Source: a phage. From it: 64,000 nt of DNA. This document shows positions 1 to 9,423 of this stretch, one piece after another (the stretch's first letter is position 1; every line of letters begins with the position of its first letter). Location of the stretch: NCBI GenBank assembly GCA_024572335.1, contig GCA_024572335.1_3052.1. The stretch is one strand, 5' to 3'. The notes under the pieces are model-generated. The model had not been told where the DNA came from and searched no databases. It worked only from the letters and a program-made list of their open reading frames with translations. A program made the translations under genes and the position numbers.

Positions 1-29
1 AAAAAAAAAAATTTAAACTTTATGCAAAT

Positions 30-449
30 TTATGCTAAAGCTGCTTCGCACCATTTTTTAATTTGGAATTCAGGAACTACCATGAACTGGCCTGCAAAAA
101 CAATATTGTAGAGCTTGACACCATCTTCTACCCAACGGTCCGAAATAAAACCAGCGACTTGATTCGTTGTCCATGGAGTTCCATCTGTTGCCGCCGCAAT
201 TGTGAATTTATGGTCTTTTACAACTAAAACTGAAGAACAAAGTTTCCATTTAAATGCGCTTTCTTCTGGCTCAATGAACTGACTTGAGACATAACCAATG
301 TTACCATCAGCGTCACGAACTTTAACCTCGTTACGACCAAAAACTGGATCACTTACAGAAAGAACTTCAACCAGCTTTCCTGCAACTTTAGAACGAGAAG
401 CAACGGATACATATACGTAATCACCAGTAGAGAGATTTACAATATTCAT
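30..449 (-). CDS. Hypothetical early protein; member 1 of a tandem paralog trio sharing a C-terminal domain
   Basis: 139 aa ATG ORF, SD AAGGA upstream; C-terminal motif ISDRWVEDGVKLYNIVFAGQF shared with the next two ORFs. Confidence 0.6.
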   Translation of the reverse strand: MNIVNLSTGDYVYVSVASRSKVAGKLVEVLSVSDPVFGRNEVKVRDADGNIGYVSSQFIEPEESAFKWKLCSSVLVVKDHKFTIAAATDGTPWTTNQVAGFISDRWVEDGVKLYNIVFAGQFMVVPEFQIKKWCEAALA

Positions 450-458
450 AATAATTCC

Positions 459-932
459 TTAAGCTTTACGAGGAGAAGCATAACGAGTGATTTCAGATTC
501 TTCAACAACCCGGAAGTCACCTAAGAATACGATATTGTAGAGCTTTTCACCATCTTCAACCCATTGGTCTGTGATGAAGCCACACATCCTATCAGTTTTA
601 CTTGGACCAGCGAAATCATCAATATAATCGAATTCTTCATCAGTTACAAATTCAACGCCTTTACACAACGCCCATTTAAATTGTGCATTAGACTCAGTGG
701 ATTCAACTTCTTCAACAGAAGCAAAATGAGAGCTAACACGAGTTTCCAGAAATTTAGGACTTACGTAAGCGTACTGAGTTTCAGTTTTTCCAGAACTAGG
801 AATGATTCGAACTTTAACTTCTATAACACGACCAGTACCATTAGTACGAAGTCCTACCACTTCAACTAGACGACCTGCAGCTTTAGAACGAGATGCAGAC
901 GATACACGCTTAATTTCACCGATAGTAATCAT
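459..932 (-). CDS. Hypothetical early protein; paralog trio member 2
   Basis: 157 aa ATG ORF; C-terminal ITDQWVEDGEKLYNIVFLGDF; N-terminal SASRSKAAGRLVEV resembles member 1. Confidence 0.6.
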   Translation of the reverse strand: MITIGEIKRVSSASRSKAAGRLVEVVGLRTNGTGRVIEVKVRIIPSSGKTETQYAYVSPKFLETRVSSHFASVEEVESTESNAQFKWALCKGVEFVTDEEFDYIDDFAGPSKTDRMCGFITDQWVEDGEKLYNIVFLGDFRVVEESEITRYASPRKA

Positions 933-1004
933 AATTTTTCTCTCTTTGTTGTTAAGATTTATTCTCCATGAGAGCCATTATAACAGGCTCTCTATAAAGT
1001 AAAC

Positions 1005-1499
1005 TTAATTAAGGATATTAATTACTGCACTACGTGGAACTACACTAAAATCACCTGCATGAACAACGTTCAGAAGTTCAACACCGTCTTCAATCCACTG
1101 ATCAGTTACCCATCCACTCACTGGACCTGCGAACGGACGTCGAATTGAAACAGCTTTACACAACAAATCAGTAGGCTCAATAGGCTTAACCAGAGTACCG
1201 TACATACAAGCGATATCCATATCAATACAGATGTCTTTAACGGGTTCTACTTCTTCAATCAACAGTTCAAAGTCGGTGCTTGGAAGGGCGGTAGTAGAAA
1301 TTGTACCGTATGAATTTTTAATTTCTAAGAATAACCAAGGGCCTTCAGCTTGTTTGATGAAGTTAACAATAGTGAAACTATTACCTTGAGTGGCGCCTAA
1401 AATTTCACAAAACTTTTCATAAGCTCGCACTGAAGCACCATACCAGTTGATTTGCTTTTCGTCTTTCAGGATGTAAGTAGCTGTAGTACTGATATTCAT
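1005..1499 (-). CDS. Hypothetical early protein; paralog trio member 3 (C-terminal domain only)
   Basis: 164 aa ATG ORF; C-terminal VTDQWIEDGVELLNVVHAGDF. Confidence 0.6.
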   Translation of the reverse strand: MNISTTATYILKDEKQINWYGASVRAYEKFCEILGATQGNSFTIVNFIKQAEGPWLFLEIKNSYGTISTTALPSTDFELLIEEVEPVKDICIDMDIACMYGTLVKPIEPTDLLCKAVSIRRPFAGPVSGWVTDQWIEDGVELLNVVHAGDFSVVPRSAVINILN

Positions 1500-1511
1500 G
1501 ATGTTTTCCCC

Positions 1512-2024
1512 TTAATCTAAGGTAATAAAGCCTTTTAATTCGGCGTGTGATTTGCGGAACATTACTTGATGTCCGCCAATGATAACTTGGTCATCTGGAA
1601 CTTCATAAATCGCAATGTACATTCCACGTTCTTTTAAGTCTTCACGCTCTTCTCGAGTGAACCATCTCATCATATCATATTCACTAGCGAAAGCAAAATG
1701 ATATAATGCAATAAACCACAATGGAATATAATTTTCAATTCGTGAATAATCTTTATTCCATTTAGTTTTAATAACATCATTAGCATTTTCAACTAATAAC
1801 TTATCATCGTGTGGAATAGGAATACTTTCATGGCTTTCATAATTATCGCTATGATGATGAAATGACGATGAATTAATACCGCAAAATTTTAGCCAAGTTC
1901 GAGTTTTCATAGAATCAAATCCACGATAAGGAGTTGATTGAACGCATAACTCTTGCCTAATTTTCATTATACCACTATCATCATTTAATGCGCTAAACGA
2001 TGATTCAACACGATAAATTTTCAT
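1512..2024 (-). CDS. Hypothetical protein
   Basis: Track ORF 1512..2063 begins at TTG inside a promoter; internal ATG at 2024 (MKIYRV) follows SD GAGGA. Confidence 0.5.
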   Translation of the reverse strand: MKIYRVESSFSALNDDSGIMKIRQELCVQSTPYRGFDSMKTRTWLKFCGINSSSFHHHSDNYESHESIPIPHDDKLLVENANDVIKTKWNKDYSRIENYIPLWFIALYHFAFASEYDMMRWFTREEREDLKERGMYIAIYEVPDDQVIIGGHQVMFRKSHAELKGFITLD

Positions 2025-2050
2025 TTTATTATCCTCAGTAGCTATGGTGT

Positions 2051-2081
2051 TATAATACCACAACTAACCGAGGAAGTAAAC
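2051..2081 (-). promoter_or_regulatory. Early-type promoter
   Basis: Minus strand GTTTAC, 18 nt, TATTAT; followed by SD GAGGA and ATG 2024. Confidence 0.5.
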
Positions 2082-2087
2082 AACTTT

Positions 2088-2771
2088 TTATCGTTTTGTT
2101 GGAAGAGACAGAGGATCGCACTCTTCCTCTGACGGAGCATCTTCAAGACCCATAGCATATCGCAAAGCATACTTCATCATCAGGATGTCTTTCGCACAAT
2201 CATGAATAGAATCATGCGCAACGAATCCATCTAAAGTTCCCTTTGGAAGAGGACATGTAGTCATATCACGAACAAGCAGAAGTGCTTCAATTCTGGTACG
2301 AATATCACGCTGATTCCAAAATTTACAAGGTTCTAACTTAAATGTATCAAGCTCATTCTCGGAAACACCATTAAGACGTTGAATATCGCGAATGAGATCA
2401 ACTAAAATTGGAAAATCAAACGACATTCCACGGCACCAGCCTTGAGATTTCCAAGGATCGATGTTATGTGCATTGATGTAATCATTAAATTTTGCAATAC
2501 CATCGATAGTGCTTACATCTTCATCTGATGGTGCAATATTTTTTCGAGCTTCAGGAGATTGATTTTTCCACCATTCGATAGTGCTTTTAGTAAAAAGACG
2601 ATGTCCTTTTTGACTTTTTAAGTCAAATTTAATTTTAATGCCACGTGAAACTAATTCATCGAATGTTTCAACAACTTCCGGGTTAGGGTCAAAAGCAATT
2701 ACAGCCAAATCAATAACAGCTGCTTTTTCACCGCTTCCCATCGTTTCAAAATCTATAATAAAATCAAACAT
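2088..2771 (-). CDS. dexA: Exonuclease A (DexA), DEDD-type 3'-5' exonuclease
   Basis: 227 aa, matching T4 DexA size; N-terminal FIIDFETMG acidic motif; position below dda. Confidence 0.8.
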   Translation of the reverse strand: MFDFIIDFETMGSGEKAAVIDLAVIAFDPNPEVVETFDELVSRGIKIKFDLKSQKGHRLFTKSTIEWWKNQSPEARKNIAPSDEDVSTIDGIAKFNDYINAHNIDPWKSQGWCRGMSFDFPILVDLIRDIQRLNGVSENELDTFKLEPCKFWNQRDIRTRIEALLLVRDMTTCPLPKGTLDGFVAHDSIHDCAKDILMMKYALRYAMGLEDAPSEEECDPLSLPTKR

Positions 2772-3013
2772 TAAACTTTCCTCGCTAAATCGCGAATTTG
2801 ACCTACAGTATAATCTTGGATATAAACTTTATTAATGGGCTCATCAATAAATTTTGCCATAGATTCAATATCTTTTTGCATCTCTTCAAGACTGTATACT
2901 ATCTTTGAAGCTTTTTCACGAATAGTTACATTTTCAGGTCCTGGATTTTCTTCAATGACAGCTTTAACATTTGCCATAAGAGATTTAAACTGATACCAAC
3001 TTAATTCAATCAT
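2771..3013 (-). CDS. Hypothetical small protein
   Basis: 80 aa ATG ORF, start overlaps dexA stop. Confidence 0.45.
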   Translation of the reverse strand: MIELSWYQFKSLMANVKAVIEENPGPENVTIREKASKIVYSLEEMQKDIESMAKFIDEPINKVYIQDYTVGQIRDLARKV

Positions 3014-3266
3014 TAATAATCGCCTTATAAAGATGGCTAATTTCGCCTAAAACATAATCACTGATTGTAACAGTTTTCACTTCACCACAAAAGAATTCTA
3101 ACGCAATTAAATCTCGTTCAATTTCTTCTAATTGAAGCATTAACTTGCCTGATTCAGTTTTCACATTTTTGCGATTTTTACTATAAGCTATTTCATAAAT
3201 TTCGCTTACTTTATCTTGAAGAAGATAAAACTGGTCTTTAGTTATTTCCACGAATAGCTTCCTCAA
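3006..3266 (-). CDS. Hypothetical small protein (start uncertain)
   Basis: 86 aa track ORF with TTG start; in-frame GTG at 3251 preceded by GAGGAA is a possible true start. Confidence 0.4.
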   Translation of the reverse strand: MRKLFVEITKDQFYLLQDKVSEIYEIAYSKNRKNVKTESGKLMLQLEEIERDLIALEFFCGEVKTVTISDYVLGEISHLYKAIIND

Positions 3267-3498
3267 ATTTAATTAGTAATTTACAGACACTTTCATCTAG
3301 TGTAATTACCGTATCTGTATTACTGTGATATGATTGTTTTTCAATTCGTTTAATTGCTAATATAGTATCACTTATAAGATAAAGCTTATGAAGGAGCTCA
3401 GCTCCTGTTACCATAACATCGAGATTATCTTGCTTATTAGTATGCTTCCTTATACCATCTATTAGACGATTTAAATATTTTGAATTGATGTTAATCAT
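3238..3498 (-). CDS. Hypothetical small protein
   Basis: 86 aa ATG ORF directly downstream of dda. Confidence 0.45.
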   Translation of the reverse strand: MININSKYLNRLIDGIRKHTNKQDNLDVMVTGAELLHKLYLISDTILAIKRIEKQSYHSNTDTVITLDESVCKLLIKFEEAIRGNN

Positions 3499-3504
3499 AT
3501 AGCC

Positions 3505-4824
3505 TCACACATAAAACACATCATAACGACCACGTGTTACACCAACATAAAGAAGCTGCTGAGCTAGTTCAGCATCTGCATAATGAATACAAGGCGTATA
3601 AATGAAAGCACGGTCTACAGACATACCCTGAGCTTTATGGAATGTTGATGCAGGAAGCGCTTTCACTTTACTAAACTGTGATTTAGCATCCCAAAAATCA
3701 CTCCACGGAGCTTTTCCGCCTTTATTCCAATTTTTATAAGTTTCTGCCGTTTTACCTAAAAACAGGTTAAACTTATATAGCTCTTCATCAGATGAAATTA
3801 TTTTAATCTTTTCACGATAATATTCATCATCGCCGTAAGTTTCTACTGTTAAATCCCAATGACGAATTAAGTATTCTCCAGGAACACCACGAGCTTTAAC
3901 AAACGTTGATGTATACTCTGCTTCTATAATACGAACTAATTGTCCATTATTAAAAATAATTTCTGATACAGGCTTTCCATCAATTTTATATGTTTTAATT
4001 AACGGTTCTTGCATTACAATAATTTCACCGACAATAAAATCTTTATCAGTTTCAAAAATCTTTTTACGAATAATGCTATTTAACTTATCAACAGATTTAT
4101 TCGTAAATGCCATTACGCGATTTTCAAACAAATCATCTAGTGATTTGACGATTGAAAAATAATTTACCATAAAATCGCGTAAAGCGGTATCACCAGTAAA
4201 TCCACGTACTCCATGACCGTCAACAACTTTATCATAAATCCACTTACCGTTACGAACGTCAGTAGCTACATCAATAATAGGAGCATTACTGCGTTTAACT
4301 TCAGTGAGTTCACACTGATAAAAATCTTTGTGTGTAAAGAATGGACTGATATAAGCAGTATTTTCTCCTGGATCAACAGGTCTAATTTGCTTATTATCAC
4401 CTATTCCAATTATAGTACACCACGGTGGGATAGTTGAAAGCAGAATTTTAAATAGCTTTCTATCATACATTGACACTTCGTCGCAGATTAATACCCTGCA
4501 TTTAGCTAAATCTGGTACTTCCTTCTGTTCAAAAAGAACGTTTTCTTCATACGTAACTGGGTTAATTTTAAGAATACTGTGAATAGTACTCGCTTCTTTC
4601 CCCGACAGTTTTGAAAGAATCTTTTTAGCTGCATGTGTAGGAGCTGCCAAAATGATACCAGTTTCGCCTGTTGATATTAAAGCTTCAATGATGAACTTAG
4701 TAAGAGTAGTCTTACCAGTACCAGCAGGTCCATTAATAGTTACATGATGTTTCTTTTCTTTAATAGCCCTCATAACGATGTTAAAGGCATTTTTCTGGCC
4801 TTCTGTCAAATCATCAAATGTCAT
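3505..4824 (-). CDS. dda: Dda DNA helicase (SF1B)
   Basis: 439 aa; Walker A GPAGTGKTT, Walker B CDEVSMYD; N-terminus matches recalled T4 Dda. Confidence 0.9.
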   Translation of the reverse strand: MTFDDLTEGQKNAFNIVMRAIKEKKHHVTINGPAGTGKTTLTKFIIEALISTGETGIILAAPTHAAKKILSKLSGKEASTIHSILKINPVTYEENVLFEQKEVPDLAKCRVLICDEVSMYDRKLFKILLSTIPPWCTIIGIGDNKQIRPVDPGENTAYISPFFTHKDFYQCELTEVKRSNAPIIDVATDVRNGKWIYDKVVDGHGVRGFTGDTALRDFMVNYFSIVKSLDDLFENRVMAFTNKSVDKLNSIIRKKIFETDKDFIVGEIIVMQEPLIKTYKIDGKPVSEIIFNNGQLVRIIEAEYTSTFVKARGVPGEYLIRHWDLTVETYGDDEYYREKIKIISSDEELYKFNLFLGKTAETYKNWNKGGKAPWSDFWDAKSQFSKVKALPASTFHKAQGMSVDRAFIYTPCIHYADAELAQQLLYVGVTRGRYDVFYV

Positions 4825-5132
4825 CGGAAAGTCCCTGCAATTGGAATACTAACAATACGCCCAGTATCTAGAATTCGTTGATATAATCTTTGTGTATCTA
4901 CATCAGGCTTAACATGTTTAACTTCTATTTTATTAAACCAAAACTTGCGTGGAGTCTCAACTAGTCTTGGAATTCCCATACCTAAAGCTAGTTTATATTG
5001 GTCTTTGAGAGTAGTAAAAACTCTATCAGCAATCTCTCTTTCAAAAAACACAGCAGGACGATGTTCATCAAGTGGAACTGGCGCCGTAAATCCGTCTTTG
5101 TCTCGGTAAACTATCGCATATACATAAACCAT
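4821..5132 (-). CDS. Hypothetical protein (dda.1 position)
   Basis: 103 aa ATG ORF overlapping dda start by 4 nt. Confidence 0.5.
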   Translation of the reverse strand: MVYVYAIVYRDKDGFTAPVPLDEHRPAVFFEREIADRVFTTLKDQYKLALGMGIPRLVETPRKFWFNKIEVKHVKPDVDTQRLYQRILDTGRIVSIPIAGTFR

Positions 5133-5133
5133 A

Positions 5134-5880
5134 TTATCCTCGGATAAGTTTAAAAATTGAACAATTTAGCGGGTATCCTCTTTTCAGTTTAAGTTTATCA
5201 ATAAAAGACAAGTTTTGATACCGCTCTACACCTTGAATAATTTTATCACACATATCATATTGCATTTCTGCTTCTGACAACTTTTTCACAATTTTCCAAT
5301 CCGAGCCTTTAAGAAGAACGTTCAGTTTAACAACTTCAGCGCCTTCTGCTATGCGAGAACCATCAATACGAGCTTTAAGTGCTATAATCCTTAGCTTAAT
5401 GTCAGAGGTCTGTTTTGATTTAGAAAGCTGAGAAATGTGTTCAATTCGATTTTCACGCTTTTTCTGTATAGCTTTAATTTGATTATAAGTCTTTTTGATT
5501 TTAGCCCATTTCTTTTCATCTAAATTTAGTTTATGAACTTTTTTCGCAGATGAACGACCAATTCGCAAAGCAAATAAATCCCGTTTTTCAATCAACTCTT
5601 CTAAAGTATAATCAGAACGAAATGTATTATACTTTTTCTTTACTGCAATAACATTCCCTTTAATGTATCCAATGTTATTATCAAAACGTTCTAATGATAA
5701 TTTCTCTCCTTCAATACGATTATCAAAAGGTTCTCCCGAGTAAGCACAAACTTTTTGATCTAAAATGTTCTTAATGTAATTGAAGTCTAAGTTAAAATCT
5801 TTAGAACGTCTTTTTGCAGATGCCTGAGTATGCTCTAAACGACGTTTAATTTTACGAATTTGGTTATTAGACAGTTTCAT
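5134..5880 (-). CDS. Hypothetical protein at the T4 srd position
   Basis: 248 aa ATG ORF; size and position fit T4 Srd; sequence not independently recognised. Confidence 0.5.
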   Translation of the reverse strand: MKLSNNQIRKIKRRLEHTQASAKRRSKDFNLDFNYIKNILDQKVCAYSGEPFDNRIEGEKLSLERFDNNIGYIKGNVIAVKKKYNTFRSDYTLEELIEKRDLFALRIGRSSAKKVHKLNLDEKKWAKIKKTYNQIKAIQKKRENRIEHISQLSKSKQTSDIKLRIIALKARIDGSRIAEGAEVVKLNVLLKGSDWKIVKKLSEAEMQYDMCDKIIQGVERYQNLSFIDKLKLKRGYPLNCSIFKLIRG

Positions 5881-5910
5881 ATTTTTCTCACGGACGGTTA
5901 ACTTACTTAT

Positions 5911-5940
5911 ACTATATCATTTTTACTTCAGCTTGTAAAC
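5911..5940 (-). promoter_or_regulatory. Early-type promoter upstream of the srd-position gene
   Basis: GTTTAC, 18 nt, TATAGT on minus strand. Confidence 0.5.
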
Positions 5941-5996
5941 AACTTTATGTAAAATGCTTCAAAAATTTCATGGTATAATGAATCTAAGTCCTTCCA

Positions 5997-6599
5997 TTAT
6001 AGATTAAATCCTTCAAAATCAAGAGTATAGATAGTGTATGTTGAATACTTTTTATACTCATATCTATCTGCAATTCTAAATACACTTCCAGCTGGTATCA
6101 TTACTTCTTGTTCATCTGAAACTAATTCCATATTACGATAACGATGGCTATCCGGAAACTTAAAGTTTGGATTGTATTCTTTACAGCGTAGAGCTTTTAT
6201 AGCATACTCCTGGAAATTGAATACCATAGGAGCTTTGAATTCAAAAATAACTTGTGTGTTATACTCTAAACCAGAAGCAAAATGTAGAGCTATATTTTTA
6301 TCATATGAAGCTGATACGACTTTATCAAATGTAATAATATCAATTCCTTGATTTAACACCTGCTTAGTCTCGACTGGAACACCTCTCCAAAGAGGTTTAT
6401 CGTTTGGAACCAAACGAGATTTGATTATTTCATTTAACCAAGTATGGTCATCTGGTTTGTTGGTAATACAATGAATTAAAAGTTCAATTTCAGATAAATT
6501 AAACCCTTCAGAAAGTAATTCTTCACGAATAGAAGCACGCACCGATGCATCCATTGATTTTATTTTAAAATCTTTTAGTTGCATTACTGAGTATTTCAT
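5997..6599 (-). CDS. modA: ADP-ribosyltransferase ModA
   Basis: 200 aa; R (LWRG), S-x-S (VSASY) and E-x-E (DEQEVMIP) ART motifs; size and position as T4 ModA. Confidence 0.75.
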   Translation of the reverse strand: MKYSVMQLKDFKIKSMDASVRASIREELLSEGFNLSEIELLIHCITNKPDDHTWLNEIIKSRLVPNDKPLWRGVPVETKQVLNQGIDIITFDKVVSASYDKNIALHFASGLEYNTQVIFEFKAPMVFNFQEYAIKALRCKEYNPNFKFPDSHRYRNMELVSDEQEVMIPAGSVFRIADRYEYKKYSTYTIYTLDFEGFNL

Positions 6600-7219
6600 T
6601 CAACTACCTCAATATCATAAACTTTAAATGTTCCAAACGAATCGTGTAATTTTTCTTTTGAAATAGAAGTTATTTTATACTTTCCAATTGGAATCATCCA
6701 TTCTTGTTCACACACAATCATCATTAAGTTATCAGTTCTTTCTGAATCTAACCCGTCAGTATCTTCATACGTGTACTTAAACTCAGTATTAGGAGAAGAA
6801 AGTATAATATCGCTGATATGGTCAGAATAATTAAAAGCTTTATCAGTTTTTAAGCGAAAAATTATTTCAGTGAAATACTCAAAATAAGAAAAACCACATG
6901 CTGTGTGCAAACTAGTAGTAAATGAATCTACCCTGTTCGTTGAAAACACTTCTCCAACTTGTAAATCTTTAATAAGTTCTTCTGTTGATTTTGATATACC
7001 ACGATATAACTGATAAGGTGATTTAGTTAAATGCTTTTTAATGATTTTATTCAACTGCCGATGAAGAGCTTCATTCTTTTTGGCTTCCATACATTGCCAA
7101 AGAACAGACTGCTCAAAATCAGTAAATTTTTCACAGACCTTTTTATACATATCATATTGAAAATCAACGCTTTCAGCTTTTATAGATAACTGTTCAACAT
7201 CTGCAAGATTAATAATCAT
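6596..7219 (-). CDS. modB: ADP-ribosyltransferase ModB
   Basis: 207 aa; R (LYRG), S-T-x-S (FSTNRVDSFTTS), E-x-E (CEQEWMIP); strong SD GGAGG. Confidence 0.75.
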   Translation of the reverse strand: MIINLADVEQLSIKAESVDFQYDMYKKVCEKFTDFEQSVLWQCMEAKKNEALHRQLNKIIKKHLTKSPYQLYRGISKSTEELIKDLQVGEVFSTNRVDSFTTSLHTACGFSYFEYFTEIIFRLKTDKAFNYSDHISDIILSSPNTEFKYTYEDTDGLDSERTDNLMMIVCEQEWMIPIGKYKITSISKEKLHDSFGTFKVYDIEVVE

Positions 7220-7246
7220 GATAGCCTCCGTATACTTCAGAAGCTA

Positions 7247-7275
7247 TCATATCATCGTTAGAAAGGAAAGTAAAC
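7247..7275 (-). promoter_or_regulatory. Early-type promoter upstream of modB
   Basis: GTTTAC, 18 nt, TATGAT. Confidence 0.45.
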
Positions 7276-7286
7276 AACTTTTTGAA

Positions 7287-7469
7287 TTATTTTGCCCAGG
7301 GAGCCCAAGGCGGAGGGTCAAGATGGTATGAAGCTAGTTCTTCTAGAAGAGCATCTGGGGCTTCAATTCCATAATTCTGTAATACTATACGGTATTCTTT
7401 CTTATAATCACTAGAATCATTCTGGATATTCGTAGAATGATTATCTTCTAACATCTCAAATAAATCCAT
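7287..7469 (-). CDS. Hypothetical small acidic protein
   Basis: 60 aa ATG ORF. Confidence 0.4.
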   Translation of the reverse strand: MDLFEMLEDNHSTNIQNDSSDYKKEYRIVLQNYGIEAPDALLEELASYHLDPPPWAPWAK

Positions 7470-7477
7470 ACTAATTC

Positions 7478-7948
7478 CTAGCGATAAAAACCAAATTGAC
7501 GATTAGTTTCAATGATCTTTCTTTCTTCTTCGGACATTCTCCAGCGTAGTCCAACATCAAAATGAGCCCAGACCATCCTAACAAATGCATTTATATCTTT
7601 AATATCTTCAATAATGAATGTTTTACTTTTAGAAGGTTGACTCGCTAATTTAACTTTATCGTCTTCAAACATGTCAAAAAGACCATATTCATGAGCTCTT
7701 TTATAGCCTTTAATAGTTAAAGCTTCAGAAGAAGAAAATGGTGAATCTGTATTCTGCAAAATATCTTCAGTATGCTTTATAATTAGAATAATATTTTCTG
7801 GATATTTTCTTTCTTTTATATCTTTAATTAAAATATCCGGATTTTCTGCTAAAGGAATAATTAACGAGCATTTTTTATCAAGTGTATTTACTGATTTACC
7901 TTCTTTAGACATAAATCCTATTGAATACAGTTTTGCTACTTCAATCAT
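7478..7948 (-). CDS. Hypothetical protein
   Basis: 156 aa ATG ORF. Confidence 0.5.
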   Translation of the reverse strand: MIEVAKLYSIGFMSKEGKSVNTLDKKCSLIIPLAENPDILIKDIKERKYPENIILIIKHTEDILQNTDSPFSSSEALTIKGYKRAHEYGLFDMFEDDKVKLASQPSKSKTFIIEDIKDINAFVRMVWAHFDVGLRWRMSEEERKIIETNRQFGFYR

Positions 7949-8101
7949 GTGATTTCCTCTTGCCTACTAATGGACCGTCAGGAATTTTATTTTCCTGAAT
8001 GTATTTTTCATTTTCTTCCATCATTTTACTGCCAATTTTAAGAAGCAAATCCAAAGCTTCATTTGCTTTAGCCTTTGCCTCTTCTAACGTCATATCTTTG
8101 G

Positions 8102-8305
8102 TCATGATTTATCACCATAGATGTCTCTCATCAATTTAAGCGCTGAGCGTTCTAATTTCTTTTCTTTCTCAGCACTAATCATTGATTTCATCCATTCTTC
8201 TGACTCGTTCTGCATTTCTTTATTTGCTTGTTCAACCCAACCATCATCAATATACATTGAGTTTGGTCTATTGAACCATTCAAGAATCTTCTTGAGAGCT
8301 TTCAT
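8102..8305 (-). CDS. Hypothetical small protein
   Basis: 67 aa ATG ORF. Confidence 0.4.
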   Translation of the reverse strand: MKALKKILEWFNRPNSMYIDDGWVEQANKEMQNESEEWMKSMISAEKEKKLERSALKLMRDIYGDKS

Positions 8306-8765
8306 TTATTTTACCTAAAACAATAGTATGGACACCGTCAAATTCATGAATTTTTAGCAAATTTGGATGTAAACTATTCCATACAGAAGAAATAAAGTAT
8401 GATAACGCATCTTCACTCGCAATTATAAATTTGTTTCCTTTATCTATTTTCCAGTTATATATTGAATCGTACGAATAAAAAGATAAGGGTTTATCATTAT
8501 ATTGTTCTGCGCTAACATTAATGTATTCGGATTTAGTAAATGCTTCAATTGCTCTAAATGGAATATTTGGTACAGTTTCAATAATTCCGATCTTTTTAAG
8601 TTTTATTTCAGCATCTTCTGGAACTGGCATTGAAACGAAATTTTCTACGAGATACATTGGGTCACAATAACCCTTATCAATCACTACGGCTACAGTAATT
8701 GGAACATCTTTAGCAAACGACATGCTATTACTGCTAATATACATTTCAAACAAAATCGCTTCCAT
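8280..8765 (-). CDS. Hypothetical protein
   Basis: Track ORF 8280..8777 has TTG start; internal ATG at 8765 (MEAILF) follows SD GAGGA. Confidence 0.45.
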   Translation of the reverse strand: MEAILFEMYISSNSMSFAKDVPITVAVVIDKGYCDPMYLVENFVSMPVPEDAEIKLKKIGIIETVPNIPFRAIEAFTKSEYINVSAEQYNDKPLSFYSYDSIYNWKIDKGNKFIIASEDALSYFISSVWNSLHPNLLKIHEFDGVHTIVLGKINESSQEDS

Positions 8766-8773
8766 AATTTTCC

Positions 8774-9115
8774 TCAATCACAAGATGTAGATGAACAACT
8801 AGAATCACAAGAACTTCCACATGAATCACCTGCCCATACATGAACAGGAACATTGGTGTCATATGAATCAGAACTAGACTGTGTATTCTGTGCATTAGAT
8901 GATGTAGTAGGTACTGACCAGCGCCAAGGATTTTTATAATATTCTTGGGCTTCTTCATAAGTCATAGTAACTGCTTCTACTGTTCCATCTCCCATATAAA
9001 CATATTCAACTACAGTTAAAGGAAGATAGTCATTTGAGATAGGAACTACACCTTCTCCCGGAGTTGTAGAGAAAAAATCTGTAAAGAAATTTTTAAACCA
9101 ATTAAAGATAAACAT
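8774..9115 (-). CDS. Hypothetical protein with Cys/Ser-rich C-terminal tail
   Basis: 113 aa; C-terminus [18 protein letters not shown]. Confidence 0.45.
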   Translation of the reverse strand: MFIFNWFKNFFTDFFSTTPGEGVVPISNDYLPLTVVEYVYMGDGTVEAVTMTYEEAQEYYKNPWRWSVPTTSSNAQNTQSSSDSYDTNVPVHVWAGDSCGSSCDSSCSSTSCD

Positions 9116-9327
9116 TACAAAAAGCCTCTTTGAAATTCGACTCTTTGAAATCCACCCCAGTCAGTATATCGCATTTCAGCATTGAACTCGACTGAACCAT
9201 CTGCATGCATCATGAATGAATGCGTGACGACATCACAATCCCAGCTTTTCATACCCCATTTATCAGAGATAGCTTTATCAAGAACCTTCTGAAGGTCTTC
9301 ATTTGGTTTAATCCAACGATTTAACAT
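9115..9327 (-). CDS. Hypothetical small protein
   Basis: 70 aa ATG ORF downstream of a canonical early promoter and SD GGAG. Confidence 0.45.
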   Translation of the reverse strand: MLNRWIKPNEDLQKVLDKAISDKWGMKSWDCDVVTHSFMMHADGSVEFNAEMRYTDWGGFQRVEFQRGFL

Positions 9328-9353
9328 AGTGTTCTCCTCTATAAGATATTTTT

Positions 9354-9383
9354 ATTATACCATACTCATTTTGGAAAGTAAAC
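9354..9383 (-). promoter_or_regulatory. Early promoter (canonical)
   Basis: GTTTAC, 17 nt, tgGTATAAT extended -10; SD GGAG then ATG 9327. Confidence 0.65.
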
Positions 9384-9397
9384 CAGTAAAATGAAAA

Positions 9398-9419
9398 AAG
9401 GACTCCCGGAGGAGTCCTT
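9398..9419 (-). terminator. Intrinsic terminator after soc
   Basis: Minus-strand RNA AAGGACUCC-UCCG-GGAGUCCUU followed by UUUUUUCAUUUU. Confidence 0.75.
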
Positions 9420-9423
9420 GAAA

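Noticed and set aside
1-29. A11 run and TTTATGC direct repeat at the window start as a regulatory element
   Set aside because: It is only the U-rich tail downstream of the first gene's stop with no convincing stem-loop; too short and truncated by the window edge to interpret.
564-869. Plus-strand ORFs of 60-140 aa throughout the window (for example 564..869, 4213..4437, 25330..25746, 27742..28125, 55153..55536)
   Set aside because: Each lies entirely inside a well-supported minus-strand gene, lacks a ribosome binding site, and has low-complexity composition typical of antisense frames in AT-rich DNA.
5961-5990. Plus-strand extended -10 element (TGGTATAAT) between the srd-position gene and modA
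   Set aside because: No matching -35 element and nothing to transcribe on the plus strand; probably a chance match in AT-rich DNA.
7945-8091. Apparent small ORF between the 156-aa and 67-aa genes
   Set aside because: On careful translation the frame is interrupted by a TAA after 17 codons, so only tiny peptides are possible.
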